Below, piece after piece: positions 47,961 through 57,348 of a stretch of 64,000 nucleotides of DNA. Both the position numbers and the translations under genes were made by a program. The DNA comes from Candidatus Uhrbacteria bacterium (lineage in GTDB: Bacteria > Patescibacteriota > Patescibacteriia > UBA9934). The number at the start of each line of letters is the position of its first letter. The stretch's first letter is position 1. The notes under the pieces are model-generated. The model saw nothing but the letters and a program-made list of their open reading frames with translations. It made no database searches and was not told where the DNA came from. The stretch is taken from the NCBI GenBank assembly GCA_903827265.1, contig CAIKHN010000004.1, positions 40,067 to 104,066 on the forward strand, given 5' to 3'.

Positions 47961-49007
47961 TTACATCTTCCTTCCCCGAATCGCCAGGAACATTGGCACT
48001 TCTCGACGTACGCGATTCTCGGCTTTAGCGCGAGGGCCGGATGTACTTTCTTTATGCGAAATCCATTCCTCCATCGCGTCCACCGCGAATCCGGCAGCAG
48101 ATAATGCGGTGATGTACGACGAAATTGGGCGATGAAACGACGTAGTATTGATAGTCGGTGCATCGCCTGGATGCATTTGCATTGGAATAGCGTTCTCGCT
48201 CATGTAACTATCAACGCGGCGATACATCATCTTCCGGTCATCCTCGAATCCCCAACTACTTTGACGAGGAATGCGGAACGCTGGATGGTTAAGAACAATA
48301 ACGAATGGCGCGTTCTTGTTGAGCATCCGCGATACGCTCGCAAACACTGCCGGCATGTCGCTGATGTTTTGAAGTGCAAGAACGAGCGCTGCACCATCGA
48401 ACTTTCTGTCACGAAGATTGCGATCTGCGTTTGCGGCATCACCAACAAGAAACTCTGAGTTTCGGATATGTTTATTCTGGGCCTGACGAATCAGTGTTGG
48501 CGCTGCGTCGATACCAACAACTTCTCCCCCTTGTTTTACAATAAGGTTCGCAAACGATCCTTCGCCGCAAGCAACGTCGAGGAACGTCTTTCCTGGGCCA
48601 ACGCCAAGCATGCGCAGCGCGCCTGGCCAAACGACTTCGGACTGGTACGTTCCTGGTGCAGAAAGATGCGTGCCGTACCACTCTGCGACATTCTCCCAAC
48701 TTGTTGCGGCTGCAGCCCGTGGCCCAGCTTTTCGCTGATCAAACTTTGGCCGGCCTTCAGCGCGACTGATCGCCTGCGGTGATCGCTCGCCATATGGAAC
48801 GGTTCGCGCTGCTCGTCGTCCGTCCTTCATAAACGGTGGCCGGACGCTTGGACGAGGAGATTCACCAAAACGGGGCTCGCTCCGAGAGTCTCGTGGCGCG
48901 CGATCGGTCCGCTGCGCTCCTTGCGTCCTATCGCCATGCTGCGTGCCTCGCGTTCCTTTTCCGCGACGAGCAAATGCCGGTCCGCGACGTGAAGATGTGT
49001 GTTCCAT
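47961..49007 (-). CDS. class I SAM-dependent methyltransferase with Arg/Gly-rich N-terminal tail
   Basis: motif I LDVACGEGSF, motif post-I VVGIDAAP; start uncertain. Confidence 0.7.
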   Translation of the reverse strand: MEHTSSRRGPAFARRGKGTRGTQHGDRTQGAQRTDRAPRDSRSEPRFGESPRPSVRPPFMKDGRRAARTVPYGERSPQAISRAEGRPKFDQRKAGPRAAAATSWENVAEWYGTHLSAPGTYQSEVVWPGALRMLGVGPGKTFLDVACGEGSFANLIVKQGGEVVGIDAAPTLIRQAQNKHIRNSEFLVGDAANADRNLRDRKFDGAALVLALQNISDMPAVFASVSRMLNKNAPFVIVLNHPAFRIPRQSSWGFEDDRKMMYRRVDSYMSENAIPMQMHPGDAPTINTTSFHRPISSYITALSAAGFAVDAMEEWISHKESTSGPRAKAENRVRREVPMFLAIRGRKM

Positions 49008-49015
49008 AGAAATAT

Positions 49016-51328
49016 TTATCGTCGCGCAGTCTCTTCACTGACGTAATCTTCGAGCTTCACGCTCAGGAGTTTACTCACGCCATCGTCCCCCATGGTGACG
49101 CCATACAAGACATCCGCTTTTTCCATCGTAGCACGATTGTGGGTAATAACGATAAATTGCGTCAGTTTTCGCAGCTCGTTGATGATATTCGCAAATCGCA
49201 CGGTGTTCGCCTCATCAAGCGCAGCATCAACCTCGTCGAGAACAACGAATGGCGCAGGATTCGTTGCCATGATCGCGGAAACCAATGCAATCGACGTCAG
49301 CGCGCGCTCACCTCCCGACAACAGATTCAACGCCTTCAATCGCTTTCCTGGCGGCGTCGCCTGAATATCGATTCCGACGACGGAATCTTTGCGTTCCTGC
49401 ACTCTCTTCGCAATCGATTCGAGCGTGTCCACATTATCGTGATGAACAAGCTCCGCCGAACTGTCTGGATCCCCACCTTCGCGGGGATGACCGGATTCAT
49501 CGGTATCGAGCTCTTCTTTGGTCAACTTCACCAACGAACATCGCCCTCCTCCAAACAAAATCGCAAAATATTTCTGGAATTCCGTCGCAATATTCTTGAA
49601 CGCAACATCCGACTGCGCGCGAATCTGTTCGTCGAGCTCATCGATCACCTTTTCTGTGGACGAAATTGCCGACCGGAGATCGGAGACTTGCGTAGTCAAG
49701 AACGTCGATCGTTCCTCGGCCTCAGCAAACTCTTTCATGACCGATTCATCGATTCCGCCAATGAGTTCGAGTTGATGACGCAAACGCAAAATCCGATCAT
49801 GCGTTGGACCAATGTCGACGATACGATCGACTGGCGCAACGTTCATGATCGATTCCGCACTCTCCAATGTCGCATCTTCGATCTCCTTCTTCAGTCCTTC
49901 GAGTCGTGTTTCGACACGTGCAAGATCGATCGCGATCGTGTTCGCCTGTCCCTCGAGTCCCGATAATTCCTGCTGCAATCGCCTCACATCTTTCTGCACC
50001 GCGAACACTTCCGACGTCGCCGTTACAGAAGCCTTCGCCTTTGCGTCCATGGAAACTTCTGCGCGCTTCACCGAATCCTCGGCAGTCTTTACCGCCATCA
50101 GCGCATTCGCGATTGCGGAAATCGATTCCGCGCTCTGCACAAAATCTTCAGGGTTCGGTCGAGTAAGTCGATCGCGCAACTTCTTCGATCGCGCAGCGAT
50201 TCCATCAAGATCAGCAATGATTGGCGCAAGATCAGCGATATTCATTACGGATTTCAATCGACCAAGCAATGATTCGTGCGCAACAGAAACATCTTTCACC
50301 TCCGCAATAATGTCAGGAAGCGGCAACGGCGCCCACGTGGATTGTGATTTTACTTTCGCAAGCTCAAGCTCGCGCTCCAATGTAAAATGCGCCCGTCGAG
50401 CATCAGCTAAATCCTGCTGCGCTTTTTTATACTCGGCCTGTAGCGTCTGCATTGAATCCGCATCAGACGACGATGATGGAACCTGTGCTTTTTCGAGCGC
50501 AACAAGTTCGGTATCACGCGCATCGAGTTCAGCCTTCTTTGCAACAACAAGCGCCAATGCAGATTTCTGCCGAGCCTCAACCGCCGAACGTTCATCAATC
50601 CCATTCCACCACATCGTTCCGTAATACGCCGCCGACAATGCCTTGAGCTCACTCGCGACAACTTCACGATCGTTCAAACGTTTTACCTGTCTTCGTAACA
50701 ATGATAATCGAGGTTCGAGTTCGCGCAACACCATTTCCACGTCCGCAAGATTCTCTGCCGACTTCTGTAACTTCAACAATGCTTGATGTCGTTTAATCTG
50801 CAGACCACGAACACCTGTCGCGTCGTCAAAAAAAATCTTTCGCTCTTCCGGGGTCGCCGACAAAACCTGGTCGATCATTCCCTGACCAATCACTGAGTAC
50901 GAACGCTGACCAACACCAGCCTCGGCGAGAAGTAATTGAATATCAGCAAGGCGAACCGTTTGACCATTCAAAAGATACTCCGATTCCCCGTCGCGATAGA
51001 GCCGACGAGTAATAACGACTTCATTGAAAGAAACATTCAACGACTTGTCAGAGTTATCAAATGTAAGGCTCACCTCAGCAAAACCGGAACGACCGCGACC
51101 TTCCGAACCGGAGAAAATCACATCTTGCGCCGACTTGCCTCGAAGCAGTTTCATCGACTGCTCACCCAAACACCACCGAATCGCGTCGGCAATATTGCTC
51201 TTTCCGCTTCCGTTTGGTCCAACCACCACGGTCACCGCGTGATCGCCGGTTTTCGGCCCCGGAAACACAAGCGAGGTCTTCTGAGCAAACGTCTTAAATC
51301 CCTGAATTTCCATCGCCGACAGGTACAT
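49016..51328 (-). CDS. smc: chromosome segregation protein SMC (compact, 770 aa)
   Basis: N-terminal head FKTF...GPNGSGKSNIADAIRWCLGEQS, C-terminal LSGGERALTSIALVSAI...VLDEVDAALD, long coiled coils between. Confidence 0.85.
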   Translation of the reverse strand: MYLSAMEIQGFKTFAQKTSLVFPGPKTGDHAVTVVVGPNGSGKSNIADAIRWCLGEQSMKLLRGKSAQDVIFSGSEGRGRSGFAEVSLTFDNSDKSLNVSFNEVVITRRLYRDGESEYLLNGQTVRLADIQLLLAEAGVGQRSYSVIGQGMIDQVLSATPEERKIFFDDATGVRGLQIKRHQALLKLQKSAENLADVEMVLRELEPRLSLLRRQVKRLNDREVVASELKALSAAYYGTMWWNGIDERSAVEARQKSALALVVAKKAELDARDTELVALEKAQVPSSSSDADSMQTLQAEYKKAQQDLADARRAHFTLERELELAKVKSQSTWAPLPLPDIIAEVKDVSVAHESLLGRLKSVMNIADLAPIIADLDGIAARSKKLRDRLTRPNPEDFVQSAESISAIANALMAVKTAEDSVKRAEVSMDAKAKASVTATSEVFAVQKDVRRLQQELSGLEGQANTIAIDLARVETRLEGLKKEIEDATLESAESIMNVAPVDRIVDIGPTHDRILRLRHQLELIGGIDESVMKEFAEAEERSTFLTTQVSDLRSAISSTEKVIDELDEQIRAQSDVAFKNIATEFQKYFAILFGGGRCSLVKLTKEELDTDESGHPREGGDPDSSAELVHHDNVDTLESIAKRVQERKDSVVGIDIQATPPGKRLKALNLLSGGERALTSIALVSAIMATNPAPFVVLDEVDAALDEANTVRFANIINELRKLTQFIVITHNRATMEKADVLYGVTMGDDGVSKLLSVKLEDYVSEETARR

Positions 51329-51420
51329 AGTGAGGAAAGTGTAGCAGAATGAGGTTTTATGGTCGAAGACTGTACAAATTGGCTAATATTTGCTATATTA
51401 TAGTTCCACCTGGAAACCAA

Positions 51421-51714
51421 ATGTCTGCCATCATCTGGCTCCCTAAGAGCCCAGGAAGAGCATGCCCCTTCACCAAGGAGGAGCTCTCCGCACTCAATGA
51501 CGTCGCTCAGCGATGCATTAAGGAAGGCGTCCTCATCATGGAGACCGTCCTCGACTACCCCGTCATCGCACGACGGACGAAAGACGAGGGCGAGTACCGG
51601 AAATGCACAATGTTGATAAAGAAAAACGGCGCTCTCGAAGTCATGGAGGCGCTTGAGCACACAGCGAGAGGCCGGGATGTGGTCATCTTCGATAAAACCG
51701 AGACAAACAACTGA
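51421..51714 (+). CDS. hypothetical protein (97 aa), GC-rich cassette gene 1
   Basis: ATG at 51421; followed by hairpin ACGACGCC-loop-GGCGTCGT + T-tract. Confidence 0.45.
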   Translation: MSAIIWLPKSPGRACPFTKEELSALNDVAQRCIKEGVLIMETVLDYPVIARRTKDEGEYRKCTMLIKKNGALEVMEALEHTARGRDVVIFDKTETNN

Positions 51715-51724
51715 TCATCACGCG

Positions 51725-51760
51725 ACGACGCCCCACGGAGGCGTCGTTCTCGTTTTTTTT
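51725..51760 (+). terminator. rho-independent terminator
   Basis: ACGACGCC-CCACGGAG-GGCGTCGT then TCTCGTTTTTTTT. Confidence 0.7.
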
Positions 51761-51820
51761 GCCTAAGGTCATTGATTTTTTCGCACTCTCTGCTACCATC
51801 CTTGCGCACCGAGGTCTCTC

Positions 51821-52523
51821 AATGTCCGAACCGCTCACATTCCCGATCCCGACCCGTACCCCCATCAACGTCCTCTGGGCAGACCCGCTGAGTCTCCTCG
51901 GCGCGACGATCGATTCGTGCCCGCAAGATCTCCGGCCGATCCGCGATCTCTGTCTTGCGTTCACGCGATACTACGACCGGCTGAACCTCAAACTGCAATT
52001 CTGGATGCTTGGAGCGCTGACGCAAACAGAACTCGAGGGTCTTATCGCGAAAGCAGGATTCTCCGACCACAGCTGGTCGATCCTCAGCGAAGTCATGCAG
52101 CGGTTTGAACTACGCAACGGGGTAAACGCCGGACAGTGGGAAAGGCTCAAGGAAGGCGTCCTCGCGCAAGCTCGAAGCGGTGCAACAACATGGGAAGCCC
52201 TTCAGGAGCTGCATCTTGCAAACTACGAGGATCAGAACCCGTGGCGCGCCCGCCTGAATCGTGCCGGGCTGCCAGGATCCCTGGACGCCCGCGACATCTT
52301 CATCCACGAGATGCCCGATGAATTCCTCAAGTTCATGTACCAGCCCGCGCCTTCCGAGGCCTCCGCGCTTGGAGCCACAATGTTCGAGGTCTGCCTCGCG
52401 CTTCCGAACATCGGACGCCCCACGGAGGAACTCGTGAAACTGCGCAAGGAAATCGAGCATCAGATCGGCCCCCTGCCGCTCATGCTCACCCTAGAGCAAT
52501 GCGAAACGCTCCGAGGGTACTGA
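51821..52523 (+). CDS. hypothetical protein (234 aa), GC-rich cassette gene 2
   Basis: ATG at 51821 (ORF opens 51759); protein-like composition; hairpin terminator 52546-52582. Confidence 0.5.
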
Positions 52524-52625
52524 TCAACAATCCCCCACGCACGCCGACGGCGCTCCTCACGGGGCGCCGTTCGTTGTTGAAATGAGTGACAAAACCCCAA
52601 AGGCACGCTACACTTACCCTCTGGT

Positions 52626-53627
52626 ATGAACACCATTCTTGCCCAACACGTCATGGAACATATTGCCCGCGCAGAGCATATTCTTTTGCTGACCGACGAA
52701 CGCATTGACGGCGATACTCTCGGATCCACCATGGGGCTTTTTCATACGCTCACGAATCTTGGCAAGCGCGTCGACGTCTTTTCACCAAAGCCGCTTCCGA
52801 AAACATTTTCCTATCTTCCAATGATCGACATCATTCGCCGAGACGTCGATGTTCTCGCGCAGCCATCCATCGACCTCGCCATTGTGTGCGATTGTTCCGA
52901 CGGCGCGTACCTCCCCCCAGTCCTCGCAAAAATGGCGCACAAAGTTCCACTGATATCCTTCGATCACCATCTCACGAATCCGAACTACGGAACCATCAAC
53001 GTCATCGAACCAACCGCGGCAAGTACCGCTGACGTCGTGTGGCGATTTGTGAAGATTGCTGAATACCCAATTGCGCCGAATGCTGCGCAATGTTTTCTCA
53101 CCGGAATTATTACCGACACGCAAGTATTCTTTTCCGCCAACACCACGAACGCTGCAATCAAAGCCGCGGCTGAACTTGTACGACACGGCGCAAAACTCCA
53201 GGAAATTATTCGTGCAAACTACGTAAACAAATCCACAAACTTTTTGCGCATTTGGGGCATTGCACTTGAACGACTTTTCGCTGATGCGAATTTTGGCGGC
53301 ATCGCCACTGTCGTCACACAAAAAGACATTACGGACATTGGCGCTACTCCGGAAGAAATCGAAAGCATCGCCGGCGTTGTCTCAGAATTCCTCAATGCCG
53401 TTCTCGACGAAACGCACGACGTCATTGTGGTGTATCGGGAAACTGAAGATGGTGCCGTGAAAGGCAGCGCCCGTGCACGAACAAAGAACGTGGCCGAGAT
53501 TGCCGAGCGTCTTTATGGCGGAGGCGGACACAAATTTGCCGCCGGTTTTAAAGTACCAAATGCAAAAATGCAAAAAGCGACAGACGGAACATGGTCAATC
53601 ATTGGCACTCTTGCCAAAGGTGTATAG
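52626..53627 (+). CDS. nrnA: DHH-family phosphoesterase (NrnA-like oligoribonuclease/pAp phosphatase)
   Basis: DHH motifs (DGDTLGS; FDHH) and DHHA1 GGGH. Confidence 0.8.
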   Translation: MNTILAQHVMEHIARAEHILLLTDERIDGDTLGSTMGLFHTLTNLGKRVDVFSPKPLPKTFSYLPMIDIIRRDVDVLAQPSIDLAIVCDCSDGAYLPPVLAKMAHKVPLISFDHHLTNPNYGTINVIEPTAASTADVVWRFVKIAEYPIAPNAAQCFLTGIITDTQVFFSANTTNAAIKAAAELVRHGAKLQEIIRANYVNKSTNFLRIWGIALERLFADANFGGIATVVTQKDITDIGATPEEIESIAGVVSEFLNAVLDETHDVIVVYRETEDGAVKGSARARTKNVAEIAERLYGGGGHKFAAGFKVPNAKMQKATDGTWSIIGTLAKGV

Positions 53628-53688
53628 AGTCATTGCGCTTCCCCGGCTTCAAGACTATGGTCAAGGTCTGATTCTTTATATTTTTCAT

Positions 53689-53793
53689 ATGGAAGATCAG
53701 ACCTGTTCCGTGTGTGGCATGGCACTGAAGGACGGAAAGTGCAGCGGATGCCAAAAAGCACCCGCAGAGTGCGCCTGCCCCAAGAAAGCGTAG
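53689..53793 (+). CDS. 34-aa Cys-rich small protein (MEDQTCSVCGMALKDGKCSGCQKAPAECACPKKA)
   Basis: CxxC...CxxC...CxC pattern; TATATT 6 nt upstream of ATG; perfect terminator GAACCGCC-TCA-GGCGGTTC-TTTT immediately downstream. Confidence 0.45.
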   Translation: MEDQTCSVCGMALKDGKCSGCQKAPAECACPKKA

Positions 53794-53800
53794 GATACAA

Positions 53801-53826
53801 AGAACCGCCTCAGGCGGTTCTTTTCA
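53801..53826 (+). terminator. rho-independent terminator
   Basis: GAACCGCCTCAGGCGGTTCTTTT. Confidence 0.8.
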
Positions 53827-53877
53827 AACTCCAGACACTTTGATACACTTGCACACGTTCCAGTTCGACAGTTCTGC

Positions 53878-53952
53878 GGGTATCGTATAGCGGTTATTAT
53901 TCTAGTTTTCCAAACTCGAGATAAGGGTTCGACTCCCTTTACCCGCTCCACA
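53878..53952 (+). tRNA. tRNA-Gly(TCC)
   Basis: acceptor GCGGGTA/TACCCGC, anticodon loop TTTCCAA (one T-C mismatch in anticodon stem), T-arm AAGGG-TTCGACT-CCCTT, encoded CCA. Confidence 0.75.
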
Positions 53953-54042
53953 AAGATCGTCTTCGTTTGAAGGCGATTTTTGTTTTGTAGTCGACAATTT
54001 TCCATATTTCATCTATAGATATTTCGTCACTCAGGAGAGGCT

Positions 54043-54513
54043 GTGATCACTGTTTACGCCATCTGTTTGGACGTCCATTTTCACCGCATGACCGCAACTG
54101 CCAAGGCGGCAATCCCAGACGATGTCGTCATCGACCTCACCTTCCACGACAACCACGGCACGTGGTTCCCCGCATACATACTGATGGCCGAGCGAGGAGG
54201 GTCAAGGGACATCCGCCTCATGCGCATCGACGACGAACGACTCTTCACACTCGAAGACGGTCATCGCGCCAACGAATCGCGCACTCAAGCAGACCTCAAA
54301 ACAGCGCTTGTGCAGCTCGCGCGCCAAGATCCGCAGCCACGTCATGTTCTCCTCGTCACTCACGCGCCGCATCCTGGGCTACAGGCTGTAGAAAATGGAC
54401 TCGCCCACCAGGTTCGGCCTGGTGACGCCGTGATTCACTACATCGAATTGGCCAACGGAACGGCGGAACATGCAATTCACTACGTCCCATGTCCGCTCCG
54501 TATGCCCGGGTAA
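54043..54513 (+). CDS. hypothetical protein (156 aa), GC-rich islet
   Basis: protein-like composition; followed by nested GC hairpin 54518-54565. Confidence 0.5.
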   Translation: MITVYAICLDVHFHRMTATAKAAIPDDVVIDLTFHDNHGTWFPAYILMAERGGSRDIRLMRIDDERLFTLEDGHRANESRTQADLKTALVQLARQDPQPRHVLLVTHAPHPGLQAVENGLAHQVRPGDAVIHYIELANGTAEHAIHYVPCPLRMPG

Positions 54514-54517
54514 CGCC

Positions 54518-54565
54518 ACGGCCCCGCGCTCTCACCACGAGAGAGCCGGGGCCGTTCGCATTTAT
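54518..54565 (+). terminator. nested hairpin CGGCCCCG-CGCTCTC-ACCAC-GAGAGAGC-CGGGGCCG + TTCGCATTTATGA
   Basis: same architecture as the 20980-21024 hairpin. Confidence 0.55.
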
Positions 54566-55677
54566 GACCGAAAGATAACTTTCACCTCACCCTCCACCGC
54601 ATCGACGCCGATGAGATCGCCATCGTGAATTGATTCGAGCAGTCCTTTCACATTCGTTACACACGGCTTTTTGAGTTCTCGGCACACAATCGCCGCATGG
54701 CTCAAAATACCACCCCAGGCCGTTACCACCCCACCAGCCTTCATCATCAACGGCAAAAAATCCGGCGTCGTCATATCAGTGACGAGAATCTCGCCGAGTT
54801 CGATATCGGCACCAGCGACATCGACGACCCGAATGACGCGGGCTCGGCCGGTGACGGAACCGCGGGAACCAATGTGGCCACGAAGAGCTCCAACCACCCC
54901 AGACCCCTCCTTGGGAAGGAGGGGGTTTTTCGTTTCTGAGTACACATCACCGAGCAAACGATTCCAGTCGATGAACCAGGTTCCGAATTGTTTTGATGAC
55001 GCGGTTTCGAAGTAGCCGCAGAGATATTCGCCGAAGAACTTCGCGCCGAATTCGGCAACAAGTTTTTCACGAACAGCGGGATCGATGACGCGCAATAATG
55101 CGAACACATCGAGAAGATGATTCTTGGCATCAATATTCTTTGGATTCGTTTCGATCGATGAGCCATTCCACGAAAACGTAATCGGCTCCGTTCCCACGTC
55201 GTAAAATCCTTGCGTCAGTTGATTGTGCGAACCCGCAACAATCTGACCAAACGCACCATGCTGATTGATAACAAAAATCGTGCTCCACACATGATCCGCC
55301 GGATGCGGAACGAAGTCTGCTTTGTATTTCTCGGGATCGATCTCTTGCAACGCAAACCACTTCATCGACTCCGTGATCGACGCACCGCGTGTTCGCAACT
55401 TCGGCAGCGAAGGATCAATCGGAATTAATCGCAACGCACAAAGCTCGCTTCCACGACTTTGCAAAAACTCCTCAAACCTTGGCGACGAATTCACTAACTC
55501 ACTCGCCGGAAATTGCGTTGGCCTATCGAACGGTAAACCAAAATATTCGTTCAGCACCGCAAGCCTCTCGCGCTTCTCATTATCCTCCTTCCGATGCGCC
55601 TCCGAATTCGCCAATCCCATTCTCTGAAACCATTCCGTTAATGAGATCTGTGTCTTGTACAGCGTCGAGAGGTCCAT
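54562..55677 (-). CDS. PEP-utilizing enzyme family protein, C-terminal half (middle domain + phosphohistidine swivel domain)
   Basis: C-terminal GGVVTAWGGILSHAAIVCRELKKPCV mobile His domain; ATG 4 nt after the stop of the upstream ATP-grasp ORF (ORF in this frame opens at 55818). Confidence 0.65.
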   Translation of the reverse strand: MDLSTLYKTQISLTEWFQRMGLANSEAHRKEDNEKRERLAVLNEYFGLPFDRPTQFPASELVNSSPRFEEFLQSRGSELCALRLIPIDPSLPKLRTRGASITESMKWFALQEIDPEKYKADFVPHPADHVWSTIFVINQHGAFGQIVAGSHNQLTQGFYDVGTEPITFSWNGSSIETNPKNIDAKNHLLDVFALLRVIDPAVREKLVAEFGAKFFGEYLCGYFETASSKQFGTWFIDWNRLLGDVYSETKNPLLPKEGSGVVGALRGHIGSRGSVTGRARVIRVVDVAGADIELGEILVTDMTTPDFLPLMMKAGGVVTAWGGILSHAAIVCRELKKPCVTNVKGLLESIHDGDLIGVDAVEGEVKVIFRS

Positions 55678-55681
55678 AGAA

Positions 55682-56620
55682 TTACAACGTCGTAATTGGT
55701 CGAGACTGAACAATGTAAAACTCCCCCGATTGCATAGCCCATTCGATGTCGCACGGAAAACCGTAGTGTTTTTCAATGGCGATACAAATACTGCCGATGG
55801 ATTCGATTTGCTTTGCATTCAATTTCGCCGCTTCGCGCTTATCCAACGGAACATCGACAGTGACGTTTCCATATTCCCCACGAATCAACATCTTGTCTTG
55901 CTCCGACGTGTAAGTTTCGATGATGCTGTTCGTCTGCTTACTGACGATGTACGAATCCGGTGTGACGATTCCGCCGACGATGAACTCGCCGAGTCCCCAG
56001 CATGCTTCGATAATCATCTGATCGTGATCTTTCGTCACCGGATGCACCGTGAAGGCAATTCCGGCAACATCCGACTGCACCATTTTTTGAATGACGACCG
56101 CGACCGATACGTGAGTGTCTCGCATTCCCTTAGACATGCGATAGACGATCGCTCTCGGCGTAAAAAGCGATGCCCAACACTTCTTCACGTTCCCGAGCAA
56201 ATTCTTCTCCGTCGTATTCAAAAAACTCTCAAGCTCCCCCGCCCAACTCGCGGTCGATGAATCCTCTGCGGTTGCCGACGACCGCACTGCGACAAATTCG
56301 GAATCAAGCGCGGCGAACGATACGAGAATCTCTTCCTCAAGATCTTTTGGGAATCTCGCGTCATGAATGAGGTCATGCAACGCTCTTGATGCTCGCTCGA
56401 CACTCGCGACGTCCTCGTAATTCACTTTGTCGAGCTGCGCCTCAACCTCCGCCTTCAGCACAGTCTCCTCGAGGAACCGATCAAACGCGTCGCGCAACAC
56501 CACAAACCCTGGCGGCACCGGAATCCCCGCCTGCGTCATTTCCCCAAGGCTCGCGCCCTTTCCTCCGGCCAGATGCACGTCGTTTTTACTAAGCTCCTGA
56601 AATGGCCTGGTGAATTGCAT
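55682..56620 (-). CDS. PEP-utilizing enzyme family protein, N-terminal ATP-grasp (PPDK_N-like) half
   Basis: LAGGKGASLGEM nucleotide-binding motif of PEP synthase/PPDK/rifampin-phosphotransferase N-domains; no PEP-binding TIM barrel follows. Confidence 0.7.
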   Translation of the reverse strand: MQFTRPFQELSKNDVHLAGGKGASLGEMTQAGIPVPPGFVVLRDAFDRFLEETVLKAEVEAQLDKVNYEDVASVERASRALHDLIHDARFPKDLEEEILVSFAALDSEFVAVRSSATAEDSSTASWAGELESFLNTTEKNLLGNVKKCWASLFTPRAIVYRMSKGMRDTHVSVAVVIQKMVQSDVAGIAFTVHPVTKDHDQMIIEACWGLGEFIVGGIVTPDSYIVSKQTNSIIETYTSEQDKMLIRGEYGNVTVDVPLDKREAAKLNAKQIESIGSICIAIEKHYGFPCDIEWAMQSGEFYIVQSRPITTL

Positions 56621-56646
56621 ATGGAACGATGGTACTACAATTTTTT

Positions 56647-56838
56647 GAAGGGGTCAGGTCTTGATTTTGAGCATTTTGTTTCCAAAATGCACATTTACAA
56701 ACAATTTTTCTCGAAAATTATTTTTATTATCACAAAAGTGTCATTTTTCCAGACTTCCACAATGTCTTTATCCAAATATTCTTACGCTTTTGAATTGATC
56801 TATACCTAAAATGCTCAAAATCAAGACCTGACCCCTTC
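56647..56838. mobile_element. MITE-like element: perfect 31-bp terminal inverted repeats flanking a 130-nt AT-rich core
   Basis: GAAGGGGTCAGGTCTTGATTTTGAGCATTTT at 56647-56677 and its exact reverse complement at 56808-56838. Confidence 0.6.
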
Positions 56839-56839
56839 C

Positions 56840-56888
56840 GGATAAAACGAAAGACGAGGCCCCGCGCCGTTGCGCAGGAACCTCGTCG
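56840..56888 (-). terminator. terminator of DUF1292-like gene
   Basis: GACGAGG-...-CCTCGTC followed on coding strand by TTTCGTTTTAT. Confidence 0.55.
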
Positions 56889-56905
56889 TGCTCGTGTAAT
56901 CGCGG

Positions 56906-57256
56906 CTAGCCGCCTTCGTTCTCGCCTTCGGCAGCTCGGTCTTCCTCAGCCGCGAACATCTCCTCGGCCGCGACCTGAATTCGCGCGAGAAGCGCATGGT
57001 CCTCCACGGGCTCGAACGTATCAGTCTCGTCTTCGTTCATCGTGTAGTAGTAGGCGTAGACGTTCGTGGACTCCGCGTTAACATCGAACTCGTCGACCGG
57101 ACACAGGAGCGCGAACTGCTCATTGTCCAGCTCCACAAGGCCGAGCCAGACGTGGTCGACCTCCGTCCCGTCCTCACCGATCAGGGTGACGATCTCGTCT
57201 TCCCCCGACTGATCGCTGCCACTATCGTCGCCTTCCTGCCCTTCGTTGCTCGACAT
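56906..57256 (-). CDS. small highly acidic protein, DUF1292/UPF0473-like; GC-rich
   Basis: IVTLIGEDGTEVDHVWLGLVELDNEQFALLCPVDE core resembles DUF1292 family. Confidence 0.6.
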   Translation of the reverse strand: MSSNEGQEGDDSGSDQSGEDEIVTLIGEDGTEVDHVWLGLVELDNEQFALLCPVDEFDVNAESTNVYAYYYTMNEDETDTFEPVEDHALLARIQVAAEEMFAAEEDRAAEGENEGG

Positions 57257-57348
57257 GGATCCCTCCGTGCCTTGGGGTTGGTGGATCTCCCCACGCGGCA
57301 GGCACGGTACAAGAAACCGTAAAATATGGCAAATGTAAGCGAAGATTG

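Noticed and set aside
49092-50667. ORFs antisense to smc
   Set aside because: Same reasoning; smc is unambiguous on the minus strand.
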